Assembly: GCA_037142615.1 (NCBI GenBank)
Contig: JBAXAI010000001.1
Span: forward strand, 384,001 to 448,000
Origin: Spirochaetales bacterium
GTDB taxonomy: Bacteria; Spirochaetota; Spirochaetia; JABEVK01
DNA: 64,000 bases
Reading direction: 5' to 3'
The notes under the pieces were generated by a model. The model was not told the DNA's origin. It was given only the letters and a program-made list of their open reading frames with translations, and did no database searches. Shown in pieces: positions 9,512 to 18,918 of this stretch. The position numbers were made by a program, and so were the translations under genes. Each line of letters starts with the position of its first letter. Positions within the stretch are counted from its first letter, which is position 1.

Positions 9512-12409
9512 TTACCTGGCGTCGGCCGACTTGGACTCCGCAGGCTTCTTCTTTGCCTCAGCAGCCAGAGTCTCGGCAATGGTAGGGCCAAGCTTCTTCG
9601 CAATCTTGGTCTGCTCCACAACTTCAAAAATGTCCCCCACCCGCACATCGGTGTAATTGTCGACACTGACACCACACTCGAAGCCTTCCACGACTTCCTT
9701 GGCATCATCCTTGAACCTTCGGAGCGAGGCCACCTTTCCGGTGTAAATCTGAACGCTGTCACGCAGAACGTTGACAATCGACGTTCGCTTGATCTTACCA
9801 GAGGTGACCATACAACCGGCAACCAGACCGATCTTGGGCACCTTGATCGTATCGCGGACTTCGACTTGACCGATGACTTCTTCCTTGACTTCGGGAGCCA
9901 ACATCCCTTCCATGGCGCTGCGAATGTCTTCCACGCAGTCATAGATGATGTTGTACTTGCGGATCTCAACCTTTTCGCGTTCCGAGAGTTGCAAGGCCTT
10001 GGGCGTCGGGCGGACGTGGAAGCCGATGATGATGGCCTGAGAGGCCATCGCCAGCGTCACGTCGTGTTCGATGATGGCACCAGCCGAAGCATGGATCACG
10101 TTCACGCGGATCTCCATGGTCGACAGCTTCTCGAGGGCGGCCTGCAGGGCCTCCACCGAACCGTGCACGTCACCCTTGATGATGACCTTGATTTCCTGCA
10201 CCTCACCGGCCTTGATGGTCGTATAGAGGTTGGCCAAAGTGACCTTCTTGACGTTGCGTGCTTCTTCAAACTTGCTGAGGTCCTGACGTTTCTCGCTGAT
10301 TTCACGCGAGGTTCGCTCATCTTCGGTGACGTTGAACGGATCGCCTGCGCCCGGAATACCGTTGAAGCCGAGAATCTCAACCGGCATCGAGGGCCCGGCT
10401 TCCTTGACCGGCTTGCCGCGGTCGTCAAACATGGCCCTTACCTTGCCAGGGAACACGCCACCGACAAAATAGTCACCAACCTTGAGTACACCTTTCTGCA
10501 CCAGCACCGAGGCCACTACGCCGCGGCCCTGATCGATCTTCGACTCGATCACCTTGCCCTCTGCCCGGCGTTTGCGGCTGGCTGTCAGTTCCATGACTTC
10601 TGCCTGAAGCAAGATCGCGTCGAGGAGTTCATCCAGACCGAGGCGTTTGAGCGCCGAAATCTGGCAGTACATGGTCGAACCACCCCAAGCTTCGGGAATC
10701 AGTCCGTAGTCAGAAAGCTGCTGCATCACCTTGTCGGGATTCGCCTCGGGAAGGTCGACCTTGTTGATCGCGACGATGATGGGAACCTTGGCGTCTTTGG
10801 CGTGATTGATGGCTTCAACCGTTTGAGGCATCACGCCGTCGTTAGCTGCGACGACCAGAACGACGATATCCGTGATCTGAGCACCGCGCGCTCTCATCAG
10901 AGTAAACGCTTCGTGACCAGGGGTATCCAAGAAGGTGACTTCTCCCTTCTCGTGCGAAACCCGGTAGGCACCGATGTGTTGGGTGATTCCGCCGTGCTCG
11001 CCTCCCGCCACGTTCGTAGTGCGGATGGAGTCGAGGAGTTTCGTCTTCCCGTGGTCGACGTGGCCCATGATGGTCACGATGGGCGGACGGTGAACAAGGT
11101 CTTCGGCATCGTCAGTTTCGGTCTCGATAACGGTTTCATCGTACAACGAAACGATCTTGACCTCGGTTCCGTACTCCGAGGCGAGAATCTGGGCCGTCTC
11201 GGCATCGATCTGCTCGTTGATCGTCACCATCATTCCCATGGCCATGAGTTTACCGATCAGAGTCGAGGCTTTGAGGTTCATCTTTCGGGCCAATTCGGCA
11301 ACCGTGATGACTTCCATGATCTCGACTTCTTTGGGAACAGGATTCGCCTTGGCCTGTTGCTTCTTCATGAACTGGTAGGCTTTGTCGAGCTGCTCTTTCT
11401 CTTTGTCGCGAATGTAGTTCTTTTCTTTCTTGGAGCGGAATTTCTTCGGCTGGCTACCCTTGGTCAGATCGACCGGAGGAGGAGTTCCCGGACCGCCGGG
11501 ACGCGGGCCGTAGCCGGGACCGCCGGGACGCGGACCATAGCCGGGACCACCAGGACGCGGACCATAGCCGGGACCACCTGGACGGGGGCCGAAACCGGGA
11601 CCGCCGGGACGCGGACCATAGCCAGGACCACCCTGACCCTGAGGACGAGGACCGTAATTGTTTCCTTGGTAGCCCTGACCTGGAGGCCGGTCACCATAGG
11701 GTCGAGGAGGACCGCCTGGAGCTCCGGGACCCTGAGGACGGGGACCATAATTATTGCCTTGGTAGCCTTGACCCGGTGGCCGATCGCCAGGACCGGAACC
11801 CCAGCGGTTGGGAGGACGGTCGCCGTAAGGACGAGGTGCACCCGGTGCGCCTTGTCCTTGACCTTGAGGCCGGTCACCCCAGCGGGGGGGAGGTCGGTCC
11901 CCGGGGTTGCCACCGGGACCGATGGGGCTGGGACCCTGGGGACGAGGCTCGCCCCACCGGTTGGCGGGCCGGTCGCCATAAGGAGGCCGGGGGCCCTGTT
12001 CGCGGGGTGGACGTCCACTCTCTATCCTGAGCCCTTCGGGCTTGGGGCGATTGACGTCGGGCTGTACGTGACGCATTTCCTGAGGACGCTTGGCGGCGAA
12101 CTCAGCGACCTTCTGCGCCGTCAGTCGGGACTCGGGCGACACGAGACGGTCACCTGGTTTGACGGCGGGAGCTGACGAAGGCTCCTTGGCCGTGGGAATT
12201 GCGGGAACCGAGGGAGCCGCAGCGGCGGGGGAAGCTTCGTCGCGATGGACGGCAACCACTTTCTTGACCACCGTCTTCTTCTTGACGACGACGACGGCCT
12301 TGCGCTTTTCGCTGTCCGAAACCGCTTCGGGAGCCGCAGCAGATACGGAAGGCTTTTCGTGCTTAATGAGAGTGGCCTTGGGCTTCTTGTTTTCCAATTC
12401 GTCAGACAT
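9512..12409 (-). CDS. infB: Translation initiation factor IF-2
   Basis: [35 protein letters not shown]; long Pro/Gly-rich N-terminus. Confidence 0.98.
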   Translation of the reverse strand: MSDELENKKPKATLIKHEKPSVSAAAPEAVSDSEKRKAVVVVKKKTVVKKVVAVHRDEASPAAAAPSVPAIPTAKEPSSAPAVKPGDRLVSPESRLTAQKVAEFAAKRPQEMRHVQPDVNRPKPEGLRIESGRPPREQGPRPPYGDRPANRWGEPRPQGPSPIGPGGNPGDRPPPRWGDRPQGQGQGAPGAPRPYGDRPPNRWGSGPGDRPPGQGYQGNNYGPRPQGPGAPGGPPRPYGDRPPGQGYQGNNYGPRPQGQGGPGYGPRPGGPGFGPRPGGPGYGPRPGGPGYGPRPGGPGYGPRPGGPGTPPPVDLTKGSQPKKFRSKKEKNYIRDKEKEQLDKAYQFMKKQQAKANPVPKEVEIMEVITVAELARKMNLKASTLIGKLMAMGMMVTINEQIDAETAQILASEYGTEVKIVSLYDETVIETETDDAEDLVHRPPIVTIMGHVDHGKTKLLDSIRTTNVAGGEHGGITQHIGAYRVSHEKGEVTFLDTPGHEAFTLMRARGAQITDIVVLVVAANDGVMPQTVEAINHAKDAKVPIIVAINKVDLPEANPDKVMQQLSDYGLIPEAWGGSTMYCQISALKRLGLDELLDAILLQAEVMELTASRKRRAEGKVIESKIDQGRGVVASVLVQKGVLKVGDYFVGGVFPGKVRAMFDDRGKPVKEAGPSMPVEILGFNGIPGAGDPFNVTEDERTSREISEKRQDLSKFEEARNVKKVTLANLYTTIKAGEVQEIKVIIKGDVHGSVEALQAALEKLSTMEIRVNVIHASAGAIIEHDVTLAMASQAIIIGFHVRPTPKALQLSEREKVEIRKYNIIYDCVEDIRSAMEGMLAPEVKEEVIGQVEVRDTIKVPKIGLVAGCMVTSGKIKRTSIVNVLRDSVQIYTGKVASLRRFKDDAKEVVEGFECGVSVDNYTDVRVGDIFEVVEQTKIAKKLGPTIAETLAAEAKKKPAESKSADAR
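11487..11632 (-). repeat. In-frame 27 bp tandem repeat encoding GPRPGGPG(Y/F/T), about five copies, inside infB
   Basis: Recurring gggaccgccgggacgcggaccatagcc-like units with synonymous variation. Confidence 0.85.
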
Positions 12410-12415
12410 AATCTG

Positions 12416-13897
12416 TTATTTTTCCTCGGTTTCCTCTTCCTCAATCTCAAAACTCAAGCCGACTTTGCAGTTGGGACACTGGGTCATGTTGATCTGGACG
12501 GGGTGCCCACATTCGGGGCATTCGAACTCTTCCTCGTATTCTACCGCATCTTCGTTTGAATAATCAATGGACGGGTCCGCAGCCTCTTCCTCAACAACCT
12601 CGACATTTTCCTCGATCGCCTTCATCAGGTTGTCCACATCAGAGGCGGTGATCCCATCGATTTTGCCAAGGTCTTCCCTGCTCAAATTGACCAGCGACTC
12701 GATCAGGATAATGCCATGCTCACCGAGAATCCCGACCACACGCTCTGACACTCCTTCCAGCTCGGAAATGCTGGTGATGACAGAACCGTCGCCCTCGTCT
12801 TCGTCGCGGAACAAGCCGTGGGCCGCTTCGCGGGCGCCCCGGTTGATATCCATTTCCTCAAACTGCTCCAAAGTCTTGACGTCAATGCTCCAATCGCAAA
12901 GTCGGTTCGCCAGCTTGACGTTCAGTCCCTGTTTACCGATAGCGAGCGACAACTGACTCTCTGGCACCACAGCCAAGGCCTGCTTGCGCGCCTCATCCAG
13001 AATGACAATCTGGCTGACTTCGGCCGGCGAAAGCGCATTGCGAATGAAGGTTTTGGGGTCCGGATCGTACTTGAGCACGTCGATGCGCTCGCCTTCGAGT
13101 TCCTTCATCACGGCTTGGATACGAACCCCGCGCAGGCCGACGCAAGCCCCGATCGGATCGACCTCCTCCTTGACGGAGCGGACCGCGATCTTTGTGCGGT
13201 AGCCCGCCTCACGGACAATCTTGTGAATCAAAATGGTCTTTTCGTAGATTTCAGGAACTTCTAGTTCAAAAAGTTTCTCGACGAACTTCGGGTCGCGGCG
13301 TGTGAGCACCACCTGAAGTCCACCCGGGGTTTTGCGCACCTCGCTGATCATGCTCTTGATTCGGCTTCCGGGCGCATAGGTTTCGCGAGGAGACTGATTT
13401 TTTCGAGGCAGAATCCCTTCGGTGCGGCCCAAGTCAACGTAGATATTGCCGTTGCGCTCGCGTTGGTAGTACCCGATGATGACTTCGTTTTCTTTGCCGG
13501 AATACTCGGAGAACAGTGTGTCTTTTTGAATGTCGCGCAGGTACTGTTTGGCTTTCTGTTTGGCGGTGTGCACCGAAGAACGGTCAAACTCCTTGGGGTC
13601 GATTTCCAGCAGGATTTCGTCGCCCACGCTGGCCTCTTCATTCAAGGCCTTGGCGTCTTTGAGTTCGATCTCGCCGACCGGGTCGTAGAGGTCGTCGTCA
13701 TCGACGATGACCTTCTTGGCGGAAATGGACACGTTGTTGCCGTCTTCACCGAACTTGATGACGGCATTGTCACTGGTACCGAACGTCTTCTTGTACGCGG
13801 CGAGAAGGAACTCCTCGACGACTTTTTGGACCAGTTCGCTTGAGATCCCCTTGTCCTGGGTAATTTGCCGGATGGAATCAGAAAATTCAGAGTTCAC
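12416..13897 (-). CDS. nusA: Transcription termination/antitermination factor NusA
   Basis: REAGYRTKIAV, DPIGACVGLRGVRIQ, LSLAIGKQGLNVKLA; C-terminal CPEC...CPNC. Confidence 0.97.
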   Translation of the reverse strand: MNSEFSDSIRQITQDKGISSELVQKVVEEFLLAAYKKTFGTSDNAVIKFGEDGNNVSISAKKVIVDDDDLYDPVGEIELKDAKALNEEASVGDEILLEIDPKEFDRSSVHTAKQKAKQYLRDIQKDTLFSEYSGKENEVIIGYYQRERNGNIYVDLGRTEGILPRKNQSPRETYAPGSRIKSMISEVRKTPGGLQVVLTRRDPKFVEKLFELEVPEIYEKTILIHKIVREAGYRTKIAVRSVKEEVDPIGACVGLRGVRIQAVMKELEGERIDVLKYDPDPKTFIRNALSPAEVSQIVILDEARKQALAVVPESQLSLAIGKQGLNVKLANRLCDWSIDVKTLEQFEEMDINRGAREAAHGLFRDEDEGDGSVITSISELEGVSERVVGILGEHGIILIESLVNLSREDLGKIDGITASDVDNLMKAIEENVEVVEEEAADPSIDYSNEDAVEYEEEFECPECGHPVQINMTQCPNCKVGLSFEIEEEETEEK

Positions 13898-13910
13898 GTG
13901 GGCCCCTTCC

Positions 13911-14360
13911 TTACGAGATGTCGTTCAGTTTTGCTTTGTGGATTTCGGCCTTGAGAACCGTTTTCGGTCCGGCCGCAGTCTGGAACACCAGACTGTCGGT
14001 GGTGACGCTGTCCCACGAACCGGTTTCCCAGTCCTTGCCCCCCGCCAGATAGAGCTTAGCCTTCTTCCCACTGTATAAGTCCAGTTCGCGCAGGTACTTA
14101 AGATTCCGATCCAGACCAGGCGACCCAACCTCTACCGAAAGGTCTTCCGTTCCCAGAAGCGTCACCAGCCGGGGGATCAGCATTCGGTGGGCCTTGGAAC
14201 ACTCGTCGATACCCAGCCCGTTGGCTGAGTGCAACACGATCTGCACCTGAGCCGTGCCATTCTTGGTCCTGTGCGAGAGTTCGACAAGATTGAGTCCCAA
14301 AGTCTTAATAAATGCATCAAGGTCACGGAAAACCGGATCCTCGGGGTCAGCCATCAGCAT
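13911..14360 (-). CDS. rimP: Ribosome maturation factor RimP
   Basis: GIDECSK and VEVGSPGLDRNL motifs; upstream of nusA. Confidence 0.9.
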   Translation of the reverse strand: MLMADPEDPVFRDLDAFIKTLGLNLVELSHRTKNGTAQVQIVLHSANGLGIDECSKAHRMLIPRLVTLLGTEDLSVEVGSPGLDRNLKYLRELDLYSGKKAKLYLAGGKDWETGSWDSVTTDSLVFQTAAGPKTVLKAEIHKAKLNDIS

Positions 14361-14477
14361 GGGTTCACCATAAAAAAAAGAGCCGTTTCCGACTCTTTTG
14401 ATAGTAGAGATCTAAACTAAGCTGAGCATACCCATCACCACCATGCCTGTCAAGTTGCCCGGAAAGCCACAATTCGT

Positions 14478-15167
14478 TCAGTGGAGGCACAGGCATAGCA
14501 CGCGGACCTCGAGGACACCTGCCGCAAGGAGTTCCTTCGCGCAGGCTTCGACGGTCGATCCGGTGGTGACGACGTCGTCGAGCAGCCAGATCAAAGGCAG
14601 GCCTGCAAGACGACGGTGCGAGCCGTAGCGCAGGACAAAGGACTTAGAGGCATTTTCGATGCGCTGGGCACGCCCCAGCGATTTTTGGCTTGCCGTCGGA
14701 CGGCGCCGCAGAACGTTGAGCACGGGAAGCTTGGTCTGCCGTGACAAGGCCCGAGCCCACGAACCGACCGGGTCCCATCCCCTTTCGCGGTAATGCTGAG
14801 GGTGAAAAGGAACTGGAACCAAGGGAGCCTCCAAGTCCACCAGCGACGCAGCCAGCCGAGCCCACCAGGAAGCCAGCGCTGTGCGACCCCGGCCCTTGTA
14901 CGCACGGAGCAACTCTCCTGCGGCACTTTGATAAGGAACCAGGCCGTCCAGAGTCTGAAACGACCAGTTCCGGCGGGCGCAGTCGGCACAGAGCTCCAGT
15001 TCGCCCAGAAGGATTTGTCGACATAGGCGGCAGTTGCCCGCCGGCGGCTGGGGCTCACCAGAGAAGAAACGTGCCCAACACGACCGGCACAGGCCGCCTG
15101 TTTCATCGAAACCAGCCTCGGGGACGCCATCGCAGACAGGGCAACGAAGGGACGATAGAAGTTTCAT
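14478..15167 (-). CDS. comF: ComF family double zinc ribbon / phosphoribosyltransferase-like protein
   Basis: CPVC, CRSC, CRLC, CADC; PVP..RERG; LLDDVVTTGST. Confidence 0.88.
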   Translation of the reverse strand: MKLLSSLRCPVCDGVPEAGFDETGGLCRSCWARFFSGEPQPPAGNCRLCRQILLGELELCADCARRNWSFQTLDGLVPYQSAAGELLRAYKGRGRTALASWWARLAASLVDLEAPLVPVPFHPQHYRERGWDPVGSWARALSRQTKLPVLNVLRRRPTASQKSLGRAQRIENASKSFVLRYGSHRRLAGLPLIWLLDDVVTTGSTVEACAKELLAAGVLEVRVLCLCLH

Positions 15168-15200
15168 GCCTTCCCAGACGGGATCCGGAAGGATCCTGCT

Positions 15201-17783
15201 TCAGGAAAACGCGGTTTCGCGCAATTGAGCCAGAAAAGTCAGCGCCTGAAGCGGCGTCAAGTTGTCGGGATCGAGCTCTCGAAGGCGGTCGCGGACCGCA
15301 TCGGGTTGAGGTTCGGCAGCAAACAGGTCCAGCTGGACGCGTCGAGCGGTTTGGGAGCCCGGTAGTCCTTGTTCGGGTGGCAAGGACTCCAGGATGGCCG
15401 TCGCCCGATCGACAACACTGCCGGGAACACCAGCCAAGCGGGCCACGTGCAAACCATAGGAGTTGTCTGAGGCCCCGGCGACGACCTTTCGGAGGAAGAC
15501 GACTTCGCGACCATCGTCCTCTACCGCCATGGAGAAATTGGAAAGAGCCGGATGACGCAACGCCGTGAGTTCGTGGAAGTGAGTGGCGAAAAGAGTCTTG
15601 GCACGGACGGTCTCAAGCAGGTATTCACAGATGGCCCAAGCGAGCGAAAAACCATCGCGTGTGCCTGTTCCGCGCCCAACCTCGTCCATGATGACCAGAC
15701 TCCTGGCCGTGGCTTGGCGCAGGATTCGAGCCGTCTCCTGCATCTCGACCAGAAAGGTGGACTCCCCTTTCGCCAGATGATCGCTGGCACCGACCCGACA
15801 GAAAATCCGGTCTACCAGGCCTACCTCGGCTCGGGAACAAGGCACGAAAGACCCGGTCTGCGCCAGAAGCACAATCAGAGCCGTTTGGCGCAGGTAGGTG
15901 GACTTCCCTGCCATATTCGGACCCGTGATGAGGAACAGGCTGTCAGAAGGATGAAAATGGACGGAGTTGGGTACGAAGGCCGCAGGAAGCGAAGCTTCGA
16001 CGACCGGGTGGCGGGCATCCTCCAAGAGCAGTTCCGAACCCGACTCGACCAGAGGCCGCACCCAGCTTCCATTCTGGGCGACCTGAGCCAGCGACGCCAA
16101 CACGTCGACTTGAGCCACCAGCGCGGCTACGGCGCCGAGTGCCGGCAACTGCAACTTCAGACCATTGCGCAGGTCGAGAAACAGGGCTTTTTCGAGCGTG
16201 AAGATCCTTTCCTCGGCGTGTTGCAGGCGGTCCTCCAGCTCCCGAAGGCGAGTTGTGGAGTAGCGTTCTGTGCCCAAGAGGCTTTGACGGCGCTGAAAAT
16301 GAGCCGGCGGGTTGTCCAGCTTTGCTTTGGAGATCTCAAAGAAGTACCCGATGATCCGGTTGTGTTTGAGCTTTAACTGAGGCAAACCCGCGACGGTTTG
16401 TTCCTCGGCAAGGTACGACTCCAGGACTTGCTGGCTGTTGTCGCGCAAGTTTCGCAGCTCGTCGAGTTCTGCCGAGACTCCAGACTGAATGAGCCCGCCC
16501 TCTCCGAGTTGCGGCGCAGGGTCCGCCAAGAGCGTCCTGGCAAGGCTGCCTGCCTCACGCTCGAGAGCTTCCCGATCCGAGGTCGTCAAGTCGTTCAGAA
16601 ACAGAAGGCCCTCCGGGTGCTGCTCCAGTACCGCGGCGAGCTCAAGCGCACGCCTCAGGCTTGTACCAAGCCCGACCAGATCGCGCGGTGAGGCTTTGTC
16701 CAGAGCCAACCTTGCCGCCAAGCGTTCGAGATCGAGGATACCGGAAAGAAGCTTCCGGAGTCGAACCAACAAGGTGGAATCACGGACCAGCGACTCGATC
16801 CTGTCCTGACGCCAAAGGATGGGCCCCGTCTCGACGAGCGGGAACTTTAGCCAGGACTGCAAAGTTCTCGATCCCGCCGCCGTGCATGTCCTGTCGAGAA
16901 CTTCAAACAGGGTGAAGGCCTTGCTACCGTCGCGGGCATTGGCAGTGATTTCAAGGCTGCGGGCGGAGTCGGCATCCAACTGCAATGAATCCGACGGACG
17001 GAAGACGGTGAGGTGGCGGAGGTGCCCCAAAGACCTGCCAGGGTTACCTCGACGCCAGTAGTCAAGAAGTGCTCCAGCGGGGACAGCCTCGGGCGACTCC
17101 TCGTGCAGCGAAAAGGCCTGCAGGCTGGCAACGCCGAAATGTTCCAGCAGCCTTCGGTAGCCATTTTGTCCTTCCACACGCCAAGGTTCGAGGGTCGTGA
17201 CCACCGTTTGCGGAAACCCAACCAGCAAGGCGGCAAAAGACGGCTCGTCGCGAACCAACTCGGCACTGACCAGGAGCTCGCGCGGCAGGAACCGTTGGAG
17301 CTCCCTCGCCAAGGCATCCTTCCACCCAACGGTGGAAAAAGCCGTTGCCTGAAACTCCCCGGTCGACAGGTCCGCCACGGCCACAGCACCTTGACTGGGG
17401 CCAACGTGCACAGCCAGAGTATAATTGCTTGCCGAAGTGCCAAGGTAATTGTCTTCGACGAGCGAGCCGGGTGTCAGAATGTCAACAACTTCCCGGCGGA
17501 CAATCCCTTTGCCCTCGCCCGGCGTGGAAACCTGCTCACAGATGGCAATGGAACGCCCGGCTTCCAGCAACCGTCGAATATACGAGGCCGCCGAATGGTA
17601 AGGAATTCCACACATCGGCTCATCCTGGCGGTGGGTCAGAGTGAGGTTGAGAAGTGCACTGGCCTCACGGGCGTCGTCGCGGAACATCTCATAGAAGTCC
17701 CCCAAACGAAAGAACAGAATCTTGTCGAGGTGCTTGTCCTTGATCTCTAGATACTGCCGCATCATGGGGGTGATTTCAGCCAT
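15201..17783 (-). CDS. mutS: DNA mismatch repair protein MutS
   Basis: TPMMRQY, FFRLGDFYEMF, ITGPNMAGKSTY, STFLVEM, DEVGRGT, ATHFHEL. Confidence 0.98.
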   Translation of the reverse strand: MAEITPMMRQYLEIKDKHLDKILFFRLGDFYEMFRDDAREASALLNLTLTHRQDEPMCGIPYHSAASYIRRLLEAGRSIAICEQVSTPGEGKGIVRREVVDILTPGSLVEDNYLGTSASNYTLAVHVGPSQGAVAVADLSTGEFQATAFSTVGWKDALARELQRFLPRELLVSAELVRDEPSFAALLVGFPQTVVTTLEPWRVEGQNGYRRLLEHFGVASLQAFSLHEESPEAVPAGALLDYWRRGNPGRSLGHLRHLTVFRPSDSLQLDADSARSLEITANARDGSKAFTLFEVLDRTCTAAGSRTLQSWLKFPLVETGPILWRQDRIESLVRDSTLLVRLRKLLSGILDLERLAARLALDKASPRDLVGLGTSLRRALELAAVLEQHPEGLLFLNDLTTSDREALEREAGSLARTLLADPAPQLGEGGLIQSGVSAELDELRNLRDNSQQVLESYLAEEQTVAGLPQLKLKHNRIIGYFFEISKAKLDNPPAHFQRRQSLLGTERYSTTRLRELEDRLQHAEERIFTLEKALFLDLRNGLKLQLPALGAVAALVAQVDVLASLAQVAQNGSWVRPLVESGSELLLEDARHPVVEASLPAAFVPNSVHFHPSDSLFLITGPNMAGKSTYLRQTALIVLLAQTGSFVPCSRAEVGLVDRIFCRVGASDHLAKGESTFLVEMQETARILRQATARSLVIMDEVGRGTGTRDGFSLAWAICEYLLETVRAKTLFATHFHELTALRHPALSNFSMAVEDDGREVVFLRKVVAGASDNSYGLHVARLAGVPGSVVDRATAILESLPPEQGLPGSQTARRVQLDLFAAEPQPDAVRDRLRELDPDNLTPLQALTFLAQLRETAFS

Positions 17784-17880
17784 GACCCATCCTAGCTGGG
17801 AACCCTTCCCAGGGGAAGCCAGCACGAAAAAATCCGGCCCGAAAACTTGTCAGGACCGGGCTTTGGAGTATACTGAAGTT

Positions 17881-18372
17881 GTGGCAGAATCGCTTCAGTT
17901 TCAAGAAACCCCCGCTGGTTTGTTTGTTCGGGCCGAGGGGCACATTACCGCCGCCATTTCGGCGGACCTCCGGGAGCTTGTGCTGGACCGACTCTCAAGA
18001 CCCCCGGTTCCCCTGCAGGTGGCTGTCGATCTTCAACTCTGCGACTACATGGATTCGACGTTCATGGGTCTTCTTGTGGGCTTTCACAAGCGTTTCAAGG
18101 TTTTGACGGGGCGACCGTTGACGATCCTGAGGCCCTCTCAGGAGTGCGTAAAACTTCTGACCGGTCTGGGAATCCTGAAGTTGATGCACCTGGTCGTGGG
18201 CGATGAACCGCCCTCACCCCTGACATGGCAAACCGTCCATCACGCCCAAAAAGCCTCACCTGAGATCATTCTGAGAGCCCATCAGAACCTGAGCGAGCTT
18301 TCTGACGAAAACGCCCAGAAGTTTCATACCCTCGAAAGCATCCTCGAACAGCAGGTCCCCAAAAAACCGTGA
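17881..18372 (+). CDS. STAS domain protein (anti-sigma-factor antagonist type)
   Basis: VDLQLCDYMDSTFMGLL; GTG start 6 nt after a TTGTCA-N16-TATACT promoter-like sequence. Confidence 0.85.
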   Translation: MAESLQFQETPAGLFVRAEGHITAAISADLRELVLDRLSRPPVPLQVAVDLQLCDYMDSTFMGLLVGFHKRFKVLTGRPLTILRPSQECVKLLTGLGILKLMHLVVGDEPPSPLTWQTVHHAQKASPEIILRAHQNLSELSDENAQKFHTLESILEQQVPKKP

Positions 18373-18384
18373 TCCGAGAGCTCC

Positions 18385-18906
18385 TCAGCGGCTGAAGTCG
18401 GCCGTGAGCCGGGCAATCACGTCATCGGTAATGTCGGTGTCGGGGCCGTACCACACGATCGAAGTGTCCTTCAGGTTGAGCACGAGCCCGAAACCCTTGG
18501 AAAGCGCTGCCTGCTCGATCTCGCTCGTCAGGAGCTTCTGGAACGACCCATCCGCCTTGAGTTCCTCATTCTTCTGATTCAGGACCAATTGCTGGACACG
18601 GGCGTATTCTTTCATGGCGTCGGTGCGCTTAAGGATGTCGGCATCCAAGGTTTGAACCCGCGCGGCATCGCTCTTGGCTTTGGCGTCGTTGCGCTGGTCG
18701 TTCACCAACCGGATATCTTCCTTCATCTTGTCGATTTCTTTCTGGATGCCGGCCTTAAGCTCGTCGAAATCGCGGACGGGTTTCGTTTCCTTGTAAAACT
18801 GGGTGTAAACCCGGGTGATATCGACGACTCCGGTCTTGAAGAACTGTTGCGCTGGCAGACCAGAGGCGACCAGCACCAAGGCAGCCACCCAGAAATATCG
18901 TTTCAT
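18385..18906 (-). CDS. skp: OmpH/Skp family periplasmic chaperone
   Basis: Signal peptide, GVVDITRV, long coiled coil, DITDDVI; directly downstream of bamA. Confidence 0.88.
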   Translation of the reverse strand: MKRYFWVAALVLVASGLPAQQFFKTGVVDITRVYTQFYKETKPVRDFDELKAGIQKEIDKMKEDIRLVNDQRNDAKAKSDAARVQTLDADILKRTDAMKEYARVQQLVLNQKNEELKADGSFQKLLTSEIEQAALSKGFGLVLNLKDTSIVWYGPDTDITDDVIARLTADFSR

Positions 18907-18918
18907 GAACGTGATCTC

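Noticed and set aside
11487-11632. 27 bp repeats as a possible CRISPR array
   Set aside because: No unique spacers; in-frame with synonymous variation inside infB; no cas genes in the window
9104-12175. 1023 aa plus-strand ORF
   Set aside because: Antisense shadow of infB/rbfA; no independent motifs
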